The notes: a model not told the origin generated them from the letters alone. 64,000 nucleotides of DNA from Candidatus Nitrosomirales archaeon (GCA_049199595.1 JBMCYV010000003.1:28421-92420); one strand, 5' to 3'; shown: positions 26,228 to 36,498, counted from the stretch's first letter. Numbers and translations: made by a program.

Positions 26228-27205
26228 TTAATGATTTCGAGGTACTATGGTTCTAATTTTTTTGATTCGTGCAGCCAGAACGATAAAGGCAACCAATCCG
26301 GTCATAGTCAAGATAGCAAACGGAAATTCAGGAACTACAGTCACCCCGAACTCCAAGTTTTCTCCAGTGTTGTTCAAGTTTTCAATTCTAATGATTATAG
26401 GACCTTTCTGTTCTTCCGTAAAGGTGTATTCGTGTATGTGAGAAGGCGAGTCATGAGATTCTCTCAGGATCTCATTTCCGTTGCTTATAATAACAAGCTC
26501 ATGTGGTGCTTTTTCAAGAAGATCGCCTGTCACTGCATCGCTGATCTTTAGCCAAAGTTTTGCCGGCACATCAGGCTCAAATTCAGACCTATCAGTAAGT
26601 AGTTCCACATGAAGACCAGCAACAGTTTTTGATCCGTGTAGCCGCATCCCAGTTTCTTCCCCAATGGGAACTTGGATTTCATATTTTATCGGTTCATTCA
26701 ACAAAGTCTTGTCATTATCTATGGAAAATATCTCAATTATGAAATCGTAAATGCCGTTAGTCATCAATAATGGACCCTCGATTAGTACGGGACTTGAACC
26801 ATCCTTCATATAGGCATTGAGCGTAGGTTCCTTCACACCGTATACCTTAGTCTGGTTTGTATCCTTGGGTCTTATAGTAAAGGGAAGATCGCCTTCATGA
26901 TCGTGGAACCATTCCTTTAGCAAAACACTCCCAGCATTTTTTATCGTGACAAAATAAGTCACATGTTGAATCGCTTCTTTCGTATCATCGTTAATTAGCC
27001 TGAGATGGCCCGAATATTCAGTAGTTTCGCCAGCAACAGGTTCTATGTTTAAAGAAACTGTCAACTTTCTGTCACCAACAATCGCTGGTGGAGGCTCATG
27101 TCCATGTTGAGCAAACGCATCATACGAAACTAAAGGAGCAAGTATCAGCGCAAGAAATATTACAATTATCTTTTTTACAGTCATTTCCATGCCCGATATC
27201 GGCAT
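26228..27205 (-). CDS. Secreted protein with PEFG-CTERM-like C-terminal sorting/anchor signal
   Basis: It has an N-terminal signal (KKIIVIFLALILAPLVSYDAFA). The C-terminus is VVPEFPFAILTMTGLVAFIVLAARIKKIR, i.e. a PEF motif, a TM helix and a basic tail. Confidence 0.55.
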   Translation of the reverse strand: MPISGMEMTVKKIIVIFLALILAPLVSYDAFAQHGHEPPPAIVGDRKLTVSLNIEPVAGETTEYSGHLRLINDDTKEAIQHVTYFVTIKNAGSVLLKEWFHDHEGDLPFTIRPKDTNQTKVYGVKEPTLNAYMKDGSSPVLIEGPLLMTNGIYDFIIEIFSIDNDKTLLNEPIKYEIQVPIGEETGMRLHGSKTVAGLHVELLTDRSEFEPDVPAKLWLKISDAVTGDLLEKAPHELVIISNGNEILRESHDSPSHIHEYTFTEEQKGPIIIRIENLNNTGENLEFGVTVVPEFPFAILTMTGLVAFIVLAARIKKIRTIVPRNH

Positions 27206-27280
27206 ATTTTGTTCTGTATGATAAATACTTAATGATTCTACTCCCTAAAGTAAAAATTGTACTCTGTCTTTCGATTTGAC

Positions 27281-28393
27281 ATGAATAAAACTGTGGTCCG
27301 TTATGGAGCTGCTATTGCAGCTGTAATAGCTGTTGCAGTTATACTTGTGTCATTTCCTACTACTCCAGTGCCATTACCAACTCCAGAACAGGTACATGCA
27401 ACGGGGATCGAAGTAGTTGCTTCAAATCTTGAGGTGCCATGGGCTATAGATTTTGCTGATGATGGAAGAATATTCTTCACTGAACGTGTTGGAAGGGTCA
27501 GGGTAATAGATGATGGTAAGTTGATCGACGAACCAGTCTTTACCAAAGAAGTTGCTAGAGTGAGCGAGGCTGGCATGCTGGGATTAGCTCTAGATCCTAA
27601 TTTTGTCGAGAACGAGCAGATCTATGTTTATTACACTTACGAGAATAATGGCAAACTCTGGAATAGGCTGTCAAAGTTTGCGAAATCTGGTTCTGGTGGT
27701 TATAACGAGCAAACCTTGATTGACAACATTCCAGCTTCAGGAATACATGATGGCGGCAGGATAAAGTTTGGTCCAGACGGAAAGTTGTACATAACTACTG
27801 GTGATGCAGCGCTTCCAGATCTAGCTCAAGATAAAACTTCGCTGGCAGGCAAGATCCTGCGAATAAATTCAGATGGTTCGATACCTGAAGATAATCCTTT
27901 TCCGAATTCGCCTGTTTATTCATACGGACATAGAAACCCACAGGGTCTAGCATGGCATCCAGTAACAAAGGAATTGTACGCAACTGAACATGGCCCCACT
28001 GGAAATGATGAGATCAATATCATAAAGGCTGGAGGAAATTACGGCTGGCCGCTGGAGCAATGCCCAAAGTCAGAATTTGAGGAGTATATAGACGCAGTCG
28101 TATGCTATCAGGTTAGCGTGGCACCCTCTGGCGCAGCATTTTATTCCTCAGATAAACTTCCATACATCAATGACCTATTCTTTGGAACTTTACGGGGAGC
28201 GCATGTCGAACATGTGATCTTTGAGTCAGGTAAAGTTAAGAAATTCGACAACTTCTTGGAAGGGTTTGGCAGGATACGGGACGTTGTTGAAGGGCCTGAC
28301 GGATATCTGTACATAGCTACCAGCAACAGGGATGGAAGAGGAGAACCAGCATCTGACGATGATAAGATTTTAAGGATAACCAAGCCTAGGTGA
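27281..28393 (+). CDS. PQQ-dependent sugar dehydrogenase-like beta-propeller (soluble aldose/sorbosone dehydrogenase family)
   Basis: LEVPWAIDFADDGRIFFTERVGRVRVI, GMLGLALDPNF, HDGGRIKFGPDGKLYITTGDA, LAGKILRINSDGSIPEDNPF, YSYGHRNPQGLAWHP, EHGPTGNDEINIIKAGGNYGWP. An N-terminal anchor begins at the ATG at 27281. Confidence 0.85.
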   Translation: MNKTVVRYGAAIAAVIAVAVILVSFPTTPVPLPTPEQVHATGIEVVASNLEVPWAIDFADDGRIFFTERVGRVRVIDDGKLIDEPVFTKEVARVSEAGMLGLALDPNFVENEQIYVYYTYENNGKLWNRLSKFAKSGSGGYNEQTLIDNIPASGIHDGGRIKFGPDGKLYITTGDAALPDLAQDKTSLAGKILRINSDGSIPEDNPFPNSPVYSYGHRNPQGLAWHPVTKELYATEHGPTGNDEINIIKAGGNYGWPLEQCPKSEFEEYIDAVVCYQVSVAPSGAAFYSSDKLPYINDLFFGTLRGAHVEHVIFESGKVKKFDNFLEGFGRIRDVVEGPDGYLYIATSNRDGRGEPASDDDKILRITKPR

Positions 28394-29658
28394 TGCAATT
28401 GAAGAGCACGATACCAAAGTTTTACGAAATGAGTCTTGAGCAGAGGTTAAAGTTTGTGAAAAACTTCGCAAAATTAAGTGGCAATGATGTAAAGACGCTC
28501 AAAAATCTTGGAGGGTTGTCGTATAGCACCGCAAACAGCATGGTAGAGAATGCAATCGGCGCAATATCATTTCCGCTAGGTATTGCAACAAACTTCCTGA
28601 TAAATAGCAAGGATTACCTGATCCCGATGGCAATAGAAGAACCTTCTGTAATTGCAGCTGCCAGTAAGGCAGCAAAAATTGCAAGAGAAAAAGGCGGTTT
28701 TGTAGCAAGCGCTGATAAATCGCTGATGATCGGGCAGATCCAAGTTATTGGTTTGATAGAACCGTTTTCTGCTGGTCAGAAGGTCTTGAACGCTAAAGCG
28801 AGAATTCTCAAAATGGCAAACGAGAAGAGCAGAACTCTGACAAAGGCTGGTGCAGGTACCAAAGACATCTCATTTCGTGTTCTTGGGACAGAACTAGGAA
28901 ATATGCTCATCGTTGAACTGATAATTGATGTCAAGGATGCAATGGGTGCCAACATTGTAAATACGATGTGCGAAGCGGTTGCTCCATTGATTGAAGAGAT
29001 AACTGGAGGAAGAGTGTTGTTAAGGATACTCTCTAACTATGCAACAAAGAGGCTGGCAAAGGCAAGGGCTATCTTCAGCAAGGAAGAACTTGGAAAGGAT
29101 GTAGTTGACGGCATCTTGCTTGCCCACGCGTTTGCTTCTTCAGATCAGTATAGGTGCACTACACATAACAAGGGTACGATGAACGGAATTATCGCTGTTG
29201 CAAATGCAACTGGTCAGGACACTAGGGCAATTGAAGCTGGAGCGCATTCTTATGCAAGCAGAAATGGGAGGTACATGTCGCTAACGGAATGGAGTAAGAA
29301 CAAAGATGGAGATTTGGTTGGTAGCATAGAATTGCCATTAGCAGTTGGTATAGTTGGAGGCATTGCATCGGCGCACCCTTTGGCAAAGGCGTGCCTGAAG
29401 ATCTTACGCGTCAAAAGTGCAGGGGAACTTGCATATGTTATTGCATCGGTGGGTCTGGCACAAAATCTGGCGGCTTTGCGTGCTTTAGTTTCTGAAGGAA
29501 TTCAGAAAGGACATATGAGATTACATGCAAGAAATGTTGCAATGATGGCAGGCGCTGACGGGAAGTTGATAAACACTGTTGCAAAACAAATTGCGGACGA
29601 ACACAATATTACTGTCCAAAGAGCTAAACAAGTGTTAAAAGAAGTTAAAAAACGCTGA
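28390..29658 (+). CDS. hmgA: HMG-CoA reductase, class II type
   Basis: MAIEEPSVIAAAS (class II ENVIG-region equivalent), DAMGANIVNT, HNKGTMNGI, and ALVSEGIQKGHMRLH near the C-terminus. The start overlaps the stop of the upstream gene. Confidence 0.9.
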   Translation: MMQLKSTIPKFYEMSLEQRLKFVKNFAKLSGNDVKTLKNLGGLSYSTANSMVENAIGAISFPLGIATNFLINSKDYLIPMAIEEPSVIAAASKAAKIAREKGGFVASADKSLMIGQIQVIGLIEPFSAGQKVLNAKARILKMANEKSRTLTKAGAGTKDISFRVLGTELGNMLIVELIIDVKDAMGANIVNTMCEAVAPLIEEITGGRVLLRILSNYATKRLAKARAIFSKEELGKDVVDGILLAHAFASSDQYRCTTHNKGTMNGIIAVANATGQDTRAIEAGAHSYASRNGRYMSLTEWSKNKDGDLVGSIELPLAVGIVGGIASAHPLAKACLKILRVKSAGELAYVIASVGLAQNLAALRALVSEGIQKGHMRLHARNVAMMAGADGKLINTVAKQIADEHNITVQRAKQVLKEVKKR

Positions 29659-30084
29659 GCGAGGATTCGCTATCACGTCAGTCACGAATCTAACTTAACC
29701 CCATGACCATGACACCTGCAAGTACACCAAGAATATACACAAGACTCGTGATTGCTCTTCTTACATGGTTCGCTTTCTACTTGCACTATCATTTCCCTCC
29801 TACTAAATGTTGTAGAAAGTAATAAGCAGCTATGGAATAACTGTAATTGTTTTCTGTGTGGTTAACGGACTTACACTGTAACTTAATTGATAGATCTAGT
29901 TCTGGTTAGTTATGGAGCGCATTTTTCATGTTTTAATCACGTGGTGATACTATAGAATTATCAGATATCTGTATGATGCTGATTGTTGACAACCCTCTTC
30001 TCATCGATATTCCCAGATATTCAACACTTTAGCAAATCTTATGATAAAGGAATATATCCTAACCCAATCAATGAAGTGCGAGAT

Positions 30085-31062
30085 ATGGTCAGTGTAAAGT
30101 TTGCCATACCAAAGGGTAGCATCGAGGAGGCTACCTTCAGGTTTATCGAACAGGCATATTTCAGCGTGCATGGCAAGGGTCGAACTTACCGTGTAACCAT
30201 TAACGATCCAGACATTCATATGAAACTCCTAAGACCACAAGAGATTCCAACATATGTGCAGGAAGGTCTTTACGATGTTGGCATAACTGGTAAGGACTGG
30301 ATACGGGAGACGAACGCAGATGTCAAGACGCTTGCAGATCTGGAGTACGGATGGGTCAAACTGATAATAGCTGTACCAAAGGTAGCAACATACAATTCGC
30401 TTTCGGATATGATAAACTACTTTGTAACTAATGGCAAAACACTAAGAATATCAACGGAGTATCTGAGGATATCTGCGTCTCACATACAGCAGAATGACGC
30501 ATATAGGAAACACTTTGGCGACATGGAGCCAACTGTGATAACCCCTTGGGCAAGAAATGGCAAGAACGACAAAGTTCAGATATTCTTGTCATTCGGTGCC
30601 ACCGAAGCAAAACCTCCAGAGGATACAGATGCGATTATAGATATCACTGAAACAGGAACTACACTGGAGCAGAACAACCTTAAGCCTATAGAAACCATAA
30701 TGGAGTCTACGGCGGTTCTGATAGCAAACAAGAAATCACTGCAGGACAGCAGAAAGAAGGAGAAGATCTACGACATACTTTCGCTTCTGAAGGGCGTCGT
30801 TGATAGCCGCAAGAAGCTGCACATATTTGTAAATGTCAAAAAAGAATACCTTAACGAATTGATGAGCAGCCTTCCTGCACTGAAGAGACCAACTGTAAGC
30901 CCGCTGAGCGAGGAGGGATGGTACAGCGTAAATACTATCATAAACAAGGATGAATTTGTGAAGATAATCCCAACGCTAAGAAGGCTTGCACAGGGTTTGG
31001 TGGTTCATGAACCAAGACAGATCCTTGCCCTCGAGGAGATCAAACAGGATGAAGAGAGTTAA
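30085..31062 (+). CDS. hisG: ATP phosphoribosyltransferase
   Basis: VKFAIPKGSIEEAT, LLRPQEIPTYVQEGLYDVGITGKDWI, DITETGTTLEQN. The ORF track starts at 29983, but ATG 30085 (MVSVKFAIPKG) fits family N-termini. Confidence 0.88.
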   Translation: MVSVKFAIPKGSIEEATFRFIEQAYFSVHGKGRTYRVTINDPDIHMKLLRPQEIPTYVQEGLYDVGITGKDWIRETNADVKTLADLEYGWVKLIIAVPKVATYNSLSDMINYFVTNGKTLRISTEYLRISASHIQQNDAYRKHFGDMEPTVITPWARNGKNDKVQIFLSFGATEAKPPEDTDAIIDITETGTTLEQNNLKPIETIMESTAVLIANKKSLQDSRKKEKIYDILSLLKGVVDSRKKLHIFVNVKKEYLNELMSSLPALKRPTVSPLSEEGWYSVNTIINKDEFVKIIPTLRRLAQGLVVHEPRQILALEEIKQDEES

Positions 31063-32341
31063 TGTTCGAATTATCACGATCGATGATCCAGCCAAAAACG
31101 CTCAAAATCTTCGCGCAAAAACATCGATCAGTGATGAACAGGTAAGTAAAGTTAAAGCAATAATGGATAGCGTTGCGAGAGATGGCGACAAAGCACTAAT
31201 AGATTATACATTAAACTTTGATGGCATCAAGCTGGATTCAATTCGAGTTGCAAGCAACGAGATTGATAATGCCTACAAATTGGTCAGCAAGGAACAGTTG
31301 AGAGCGCTCAGAGAAATAAAGCGAAGATTAGAGACCGCGGAAAAAGCGGTATTAAACAAATTAAAGAAAATCGAAGTCAGATTTGATGGCGCCAAGATCA
31401 GCAAACTCCTCAAACCTGTTGAAAGCGTTGGGTGTTACGTCCCAGGAGGAAAAGCAAGGTATCCAAGCACAGCCATAATGTGCGCTGTGCCCGCAAAGGT
31501 TGCTGGCGTAAAGAGAATAGTTGTATGTACGCCGCCAACTAAAGATGGAAGTGTTGATCCCATGACACTAGTGGCAGCGGATCTTTGTGGTGTAAACGAA
31601 ATTTACAAGGTGGGAGGTGCCCAATCAATAGCTGCGATGGCATATGGGACTGAAACCATAAAACCAGTTAGCAAGATCGTCGGTCCCGGAGGAACGTTTG
31701 TAACTATAGCAAAGGTTCTTGCCTCTAGTAGAGTCTCGATAGACATGCTTGCTGGACCAACGGAACTTCTGGTATTGGCAGACGAATCTGCGGATCCTTT
31801 AAGTTTGGCACTTGATATAGTAGCGCAGTCAGAGCACAGCGTCGATACCTTCTGCGGTCTTGTAACATGCTCTAAGAAACTTGCAGACAGTGTTGCTAAC
31901 GAATTATCAAATGCTGTTAGCAGTATCGATAGAAGCGAAATAGTTAGCAAGAGTTTGGAGCAAAATGGGTTCATAGCGTTGTGCAAGAATTACAACGATG
32001 CTGTAAGGTTCACCAACGAACTTGCCCCAGAACACCTACAGCTGATGACTAAAGATGCTCGAAAACTCGTTGGCAAGATAGAGTCCGCAGGGCTTATACT
32101 TGTTGGAGCATACACTCCTTCAGCTGCAAGTGATTACGGTTTTGGCTCGAACCATGTTTTGCCAACACTTGCGTTTGCAAGATCGAGGGCATCATTGTCA
32201 TCTCTGGACTTTGTTAAACTGGTCAGCGTGGTTGAAAGCAGCAAGGAAGGTCTGAAGAAGATTGCTGGATTGGTAAAATTGATGAGCGAATCCGAGGATC
32301 TGCCGAACCATTACAGGGCAATAAAGGCGAGGTTGGATTAA
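31049..32341 (+). CDS. hisD: Histidinol dehydrogenase
   Basis: GCYVPGGKARYPST, VGGAQSIAAMAYGT, IVGPGGTFV, AGPTELLVLAD, SEHS, LAPEHLQL. The start overlaps the hisG stop. Confidence 0.92.
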   Translation: MKRVNVRIITIDDPAKNAQNLRAKTSISDEQVSKVKAIMDSVARDGDKALIDYTLNFDGIKLDSIRVASNEIDNAYKLVSKEQLRALREIKRRLETAEKAVLNKLKKIEVRFDGAKISKLLKPVESVGCYVPGGKARYPSTAIMCAVPAKVAGVKRIVVCTPPTKDGSVDPMTLVAADLCGVNEIYKVGGAQSIAAMAYGTETIKPVSKIVGPGGTFVTIAKVLASSRVSIDMLAGPTELLVLADESADPLSLALDIVAQSEHSVDTFCGLVTCSKKLADSVANELSNAVSSIDRSEIVSKSLEQNGFIALCKNYNDAVRFTNELAPEHLQLMTKDARKLVGKIESAGLILVGAYTPSAASDYGFGSNHVLPTLAFARSRASLSSLDFVKLVSVVESSKEGLKKIAGLVKLMSESEDLPNHYRAIKARLD

Positions 32342-33402
32342 TGAGCAGATGGTTAAAGTCCAGAGTATCATCGTTATCTAGAATATCAGGCTACCAGAAA
32401 CCTGAAAGGTACGGCAATGTTTTGAGAATGGATACAAACGAGAACCTTGCCTTGCCCAAGAAATTTGTTTCAAATATAATGATGGAGGCATCACGAAGGA
32501 CAGATCTTAGGGAATATCCAGCGGAACAGTTTGATGAGTTGAGAAGTAAGCTAAGCAGCTATCTCAACGTTCCAAAGGAGTGCATTGCTGCAGGTAGCGG
32601 CTCAGACCAGATCCTAGATCTTTTGTTGTCAACATTTGCTGGTGATGGGACAGCAACTGTTACCGTAAGGCCAACTTTCACGTTCTACAATGACAGGTGC
32701 AACCTGCATTCGATAAAGATGAAGGAGATTGAACTTAATCATGATTTTTCACTAAACACAAAAAAACTGCTATCTACAAGGGGTGCAAAGATATGCTACA
32801 TATGTTCTCCTAACAACCCAACTGGAAACCAGTTCAGCAGAAAAACACTGCTTGAAGTAATACGATCGTTCAATGGCCTTGTAATAGTTGATGAAGCATA
32901 TGTTGAATTCGCAGATTATTCATTGAAGGATCTTGTAAGAAAGTATGACAATCTAGTTGTGTTACGAACAATGTCAAAGGCGTTCGGTCTTGCAGGTGCA
33001 AGAATTGGCTATATGGTCGCAAACAGAAAGATAGCAGATCTGTTTGTTAACACGATACAGTATCCGTACCCTATGAGCAGTCTATCGTTAAAGACCGCAA
33101 GCATAGCACTTTCAAAACTGAATTACGTTAGATCTATAATAAGACAGGTTAGGAAGGAACGCGAACGAGTTTATGTTGGTATTAATGCTTTGGGCCTAAC
33201 AGCGTTCAGATCCGATGCCAACTTTGTTTTGTTTGAGGTTGGCAGCAGGTACAAGACTGTCTATAAAAAACTGATCAGAAAAGGTGTTCTTGTTAGAGAT
33301 ATTGGAAGCATAGGTTCTCACAAAGGATGTTTAAGAGTTAGTATTGGAACCAAGTTCATGAATAACAAATTTTTACGGGCATTGAAAGTGGTCTGCAGAT
33401 GA
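32341..33402 (+). CDS. hisC: Histidinol-phosphate aminotransferase
   Basis: Class II aminotransferase: LRMDTNENL, YICSPNNPTGN, IVDEAYVEF, and the PLP lysine in RTMSKAFGLAGARIGY. It overlaps hisD by TAATG. Confidence 0.9.
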   Translation: MSRWLKSRVSSLSRISGYQKPERYGNVLRMDTNENLALPKKFVSNIMMEASRRTDLREYPAEQFDELRSKLSSYLNVPKECIAAGSGSDQILDLLLSTFAGDGTATVTVRPTFTFYNDRCNLHSIKMKEIELNHDFSLNTKKLLSTRGAKICYICSPNNPTGNQFSRKTLLEVIRSFNGLVIVDEAYVEFADYSLKDLVRKYDNLVVLRTMSKAFGLAGARIGYMVANRKIADLFVNTIQYPYPMSSLSLKTASIALSKLNYVRSIIRQVRKERERVYVGINALGLTAFRSDANFVLFEVGSRYKTVYKKLIRKGVLVRDIGSIGSHKGCLRVSIGTKFMNNKFLRALKVVCR

Positions 33403-34424
33403 GTAAGTATAGGAAGATTGCCTATAACATATCGGTCAATGAGGATAGTTTGTCGAAATTCAAGAGTCTGCAGTGTGCAATTTTTGATTGCGATGGCACG
33501 CTCGTCAACATCAATAATTCATACAATGCTTGCATAAAGAAGACAGTTGGGTTCATGCTCGAACGTCTCATTGGCGGGAAACAATGGTACGATCTAGTCA
33601 GTGATGAGTTGATACTGAAATTCAGGATGTCTGGCGGGTTCAACAACGATACAGATACAAGTTACGCCTGTATACTTTCAGCGCTTGCATCAGGAGGCAA
33701 GGACATTGACACGGCAAGAAACTTTGCTCTGCACGTTGCAACTAAAGCGAACTACCTAGGGATTAGATCCGTCGAGGAGTATCTTGCAAAATCTGGCAAT
33801 GGTGACGCGGTTAAGAAAGCAAGAAATGATCTCAATTATCCCGGTCTTGTAGGTTCAAGCATATTGAGCACGGCTTTTGACGAATTCTTCTACGGTAAGG
33901 ATTTGTTTCTAAAAACCCATCGCATGCAGCCCAGATTCAATAATTCGCATGGGTTCATCGATAATGACGAAGTCGTGATTTCTGATGATACCGTCCATGA
34001 TCTCTCAAAACTATTCAGGAAAAAGATGGCAATAGTCTCTGGCAGATCAAGGTTTGCAACAGAATACTCGCTAAAAAAAATGCTACACAATTTCAATCTG
34101 GACGCCTCTGTATTCATCGAAGATGAAGAGAAAGAGGTAATTGCAAATAACTTGAAGATAAGAGTGAATAAACCCGAGCCTTATGCGTTGCTAAAAGCAA
34201 TGAAAGCATTGAACGCAAGGAGTGCGATCAGTGTTGGTGATTCTGCCGAAGACATAATAATGTCTATGAAAGTTGGAGAGAAATATCCGATCGTGTTTTG
34301 TGGTGTGTATGGTACTGGCATTGATAGCGAAGCGCAATACAAAATGTTTGTAGATAGAGGTGCTGATGCAATAATCGAGAATGTAAACCTCTTACCACAT
34401 CTGTTAGGATCACTAAATCGTTGA
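33399..34424 (+). CDS. HAD-superfamily hydrolase with large cap insertion, embedded in the his operon (candidate histidinol-phosphate phosphatase)
   Basis: HAD motif I is AIFDCDGTLVN. Motif IV is the late GDSAEDI. The gene overlaps hisC by ATGA and lies 38 nt upstream of hisB. Confidence 0.6.
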   Translation: MSKYRKIAYNISVNEDSLSKFKSLQCAIFDCDGTLVNINNSYNACIKKTVGFMLERLIGGKQWYDLVSDELILKFRMSGGFNNDTDTSYACILSALASGGKDIDTARNFALHVATKANYLGIRSVEEYLAKSGNGDAVKKARNDLNYPGLVGSSILSTAFDEFFYGKDLFLKTHRMQPRFNNSHGFIDNDEVVISDDTVHDLSKLFRKKMAIVSGRSRFATEYSLKKMLHNFNLDASVFIEDEEKEVIANNLKIRVNKPEPYALLKAMKALNARSAISVGDSAEDIIMSMKVGEKYPIVFCGVYGTGIDSEAQYKMFVDRGADAIIENVNLLPHLLGSLNR

Positions 34425-34462
34425 ATCTATCTCCAAATGCTTTTTAGTGGGATTTCACAGCA

Positions 34463-35053
34463 TTGAAACGTTTGAGAAAGAGCAAGGTCGAAAGAGCAAC
34501 CAAGGAGACCTCGGTTAGGGTAGAGTTGAATATAGATGGAAATGGTAAAACCGTAATAAATACAACGATACCATTCCTTGATCATTTGGTAACTGCGATA
34601 GCAAAGCATGGTATGATGGATCTTAAGATAGTGGCAAAGTCAAAAGATCGAATAGTGCATCACATTGCAGAAGATGTTGCGATTACATTTGCAAATGCCA
34701 TGGATAAAGCATTAGGAAAAAGAGAAAGGATTGTGCGTTTCGGTCATGCGATTGTTCCAATGGACGATTCGCTGGCATTTGCTGCAGTGGATCTTGTAAA
34801 GCGGGAATACTACAATGTCGATTTAAAGTTGAGCAGGATGAACATTGAAGGCATGTCAAAGGAAGATCTGGAACACTTCTTCCGCACCTTCGCGCAGAAC
34901 ATCAACGCATGTACACATGTGGTTGTTCAATACGGGAACAACGATCATCATAAAGTAGAGGCTGCAACGAAAGCGATGGCAGTGGCACTAAGAGAAGCGG
35001 TAAGTATGGATAAGAAGGGAAGAGGAGTTCCGAGCACCAAGGGTGCTATGTAA
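34463..35053 (+). CDS. hisB: Imidazoleglycerol-phosphate dehydratase
   Basis: ERATKETSVRVELNIDG, FLDHL, HHIAEDVAI, VPMDDSLA, NDHHKVEAATKA. TTG start. Confidence 0.92.
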   Translation: MKRLRKSKVERATKETSVRVELNIDGNGKTVINTTIPFLDHLVTAIAKHGMMDLKIVAKSKDRIVHHIAEDVAITFANAMDKALGKRERIVRFGHAIVPMDDSLAFAAVDLVKREYYNVDLKLSRMNIEGMSKEDLEHFFRTFAQNINACTHVVVQYGNNDHHKVEAATKAMAVALREAVSMDKKGRGVPSTKGAM

Positions 35054-35658
35054 TGGTACGTGTTGCAATATTTGATTACGGCTCAGGCAACCTGTTCAGT
35101 TTGAAGGCTGCACTTGAACGTCTGGGCGCTAGCGTTGAAATAATAACCAAACTAGAAAATCTTGACAGGTTCGACGGGCTGATTTTGCCAGGAGTCGGAA
35201 ATTTCGATCCCGCTATCAAAAGCATAAAGAATTACAGACAGCAGCTCGATAAGGCAATAGAATCTGGCATGCCAATGCTCGGCATCTGTCTGGGCATGGA
35301 GATGCTCTTCAACAGAAGCGAAGAGGGCAAGCTAAAAGGATTGAGTATACTTGATGGCGACGTTGTCATGCTGCCAAAAAAGGTCAAGATACCACACATG
35401 GGATGGAACAATCTGAGTATCGTGGGAAAGAGCAAGTTGCTGCAAGGTCTAAAGGATAATGCTTGGGTTTATTTCGTGCACTCTTATCGCGCAAAACCGA
35501 AGGACAGGAATATTGTGGTTGCAAATTCCGAGTACGGTACAGAGTTTCCTGCCGTGATCGAGCGTGAGAACCTGTTTGGAACTCAGTTCCATCCAGAAAA
35601 GTCTAGCGATGTTGGCGCTGTCATGCTGAAAAACTTTCTGCGCGAGTGCGAGAGATGA
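35053..35658 (+). CDS. hisH: Imidazole glycerol phosphate synthase, glutamine amidotransferase subunit
   Basis: LILPGVGNF, catalytic GICLGMEMLF, VHSY, QFHPEKS. It overlaps hisB by TAATG. Confidence 0.92.
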   Translation: MVRVAIFDYGSGNLFSLKAALERLGASVEIITKLENLDRFDGLILPGVGNFDPAIKSIKNYRQQLDKAIESGMPMLGICLGMEMLFNRSEEGKLKGLSILDGDVVMLPKKVKIPHMGWNNLSIVGKSKLLQGLKDNAWVYFVHSYRAKPKDRNIVVANSEYGTEFPAVIERENLFGTQFHPEKSSDVGAVMLKNFLRECER

Positions 35659-36368
35659 AAATAATTCCTGCAGTGGATCTCCTTGATGGCAAGGTCGTTA
35701 GGCTTGTAAAAGGAGATCCAAAGAACAAGATAGTTTACAGCGACGATCCTGTAGGAACGGCAAAGAAATGGGAGCATGAAGGTGCAGATGCCTTGCATAT
35801 AGTAGATCTCGATGCAACTCTTACGCGTGGAAGTAATGCCAGTATTGTAAACAAAATAACTGAGCAGGTAAGCATTCCGGTTCAGGTAGCAGGTGGAATC
35901 AGAAGCATTGATCTTGCGCAGGAACTGCTGAAGAATGTAGATAAAGTTGTGCTTGGAACGCTGGCATACAAAGATCCAGAGTCTGTTGAAAAACTTGTTA
36001 ATGAATTTGGGGCAGACAAGATTGTAATTGCCATAGATCAGATGCATGGCAAGGTAATGATTGACGGCTGGAGAAAATCTTCTGGGATGGATATGCTTGA
36101 TGCAATCGAGAAGTTCAAACAGGTAGGCGTAAATTATTTCCTGCTTACAAGCATAGATCGCGATGGCACGCTAAGCGGTCCGGATATTGACGTGTTAAAT
36201 AAGGCCTGCGGTAAGAATGTGAACATAATTGCGAGTGGAGGTATTTCGAAGAACGAAGATATCAGCAAAGTCAAGCAGACGGGTGCTTATGCGGTAATAC
36301 TTGGCAAGGCACTTTATGATGGAAAGGTAGACATCAAGCATGCCAAAGAGATTGTGAAAATAGATTAG
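35655..36368 (+). CDS. hisA: ProFAR isomerase
   Basis: MKIIPAVDLLDGKVVRLVKGD, LHIVDLDA, VQVAGGIRS, TSIDRDGTLSGPD, ASGGIS. It overlaps the end of hisH. Confidence 0.92.
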   Translation: MKIIPAVDLLDGKVVRLVKGDPKNKIVYSDDPVGTAKKWEHEGADALHIVDLDATLTRGSNASIVNKITEQVSIPVQVAGGIRSIDLAQELLKNVDKVVLGTLAYKDPESVEKLVNEFGADKIVIAIDQMHGKVMIDGWRKSSGMDMLDAIEKFKQVGVNYFLLTSIDRDGTLSGPDIDVLNKACGKNVNIIASGGISKNEDISKVKQTGAYAVILGKALYDGKVDIKHAKEIVKID

Positions 36369-36498
36369 ACAAGAAATCATTTGCATTGCTTAGAAGTGCA
36401 TAATTGTTAGGATGTACAAATTGACAAGAAGTACTTAGTGTTGATTAGAATTTCTAGAAATACTTATAGCAAGCTTGACAACATGATGCAACTGCATC

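Noticed and set aside
29682-29792. 36-aa Cys/His-rich micro-ORF on the minus strand (MIVQVESEPCKKSNHESCVYSWCTCRCHGHGVKLDS), preceded by AGGAGGGAA. It lies in the 426-nt spacer between hmgA and hisG.
   Set aside because: It is too short to support without conservation or expression data. Shine-Dalgarno-like sequences are not a reliable signal in this lineage. It is noted only as something to check with Ribo-seq or comparative genomics.
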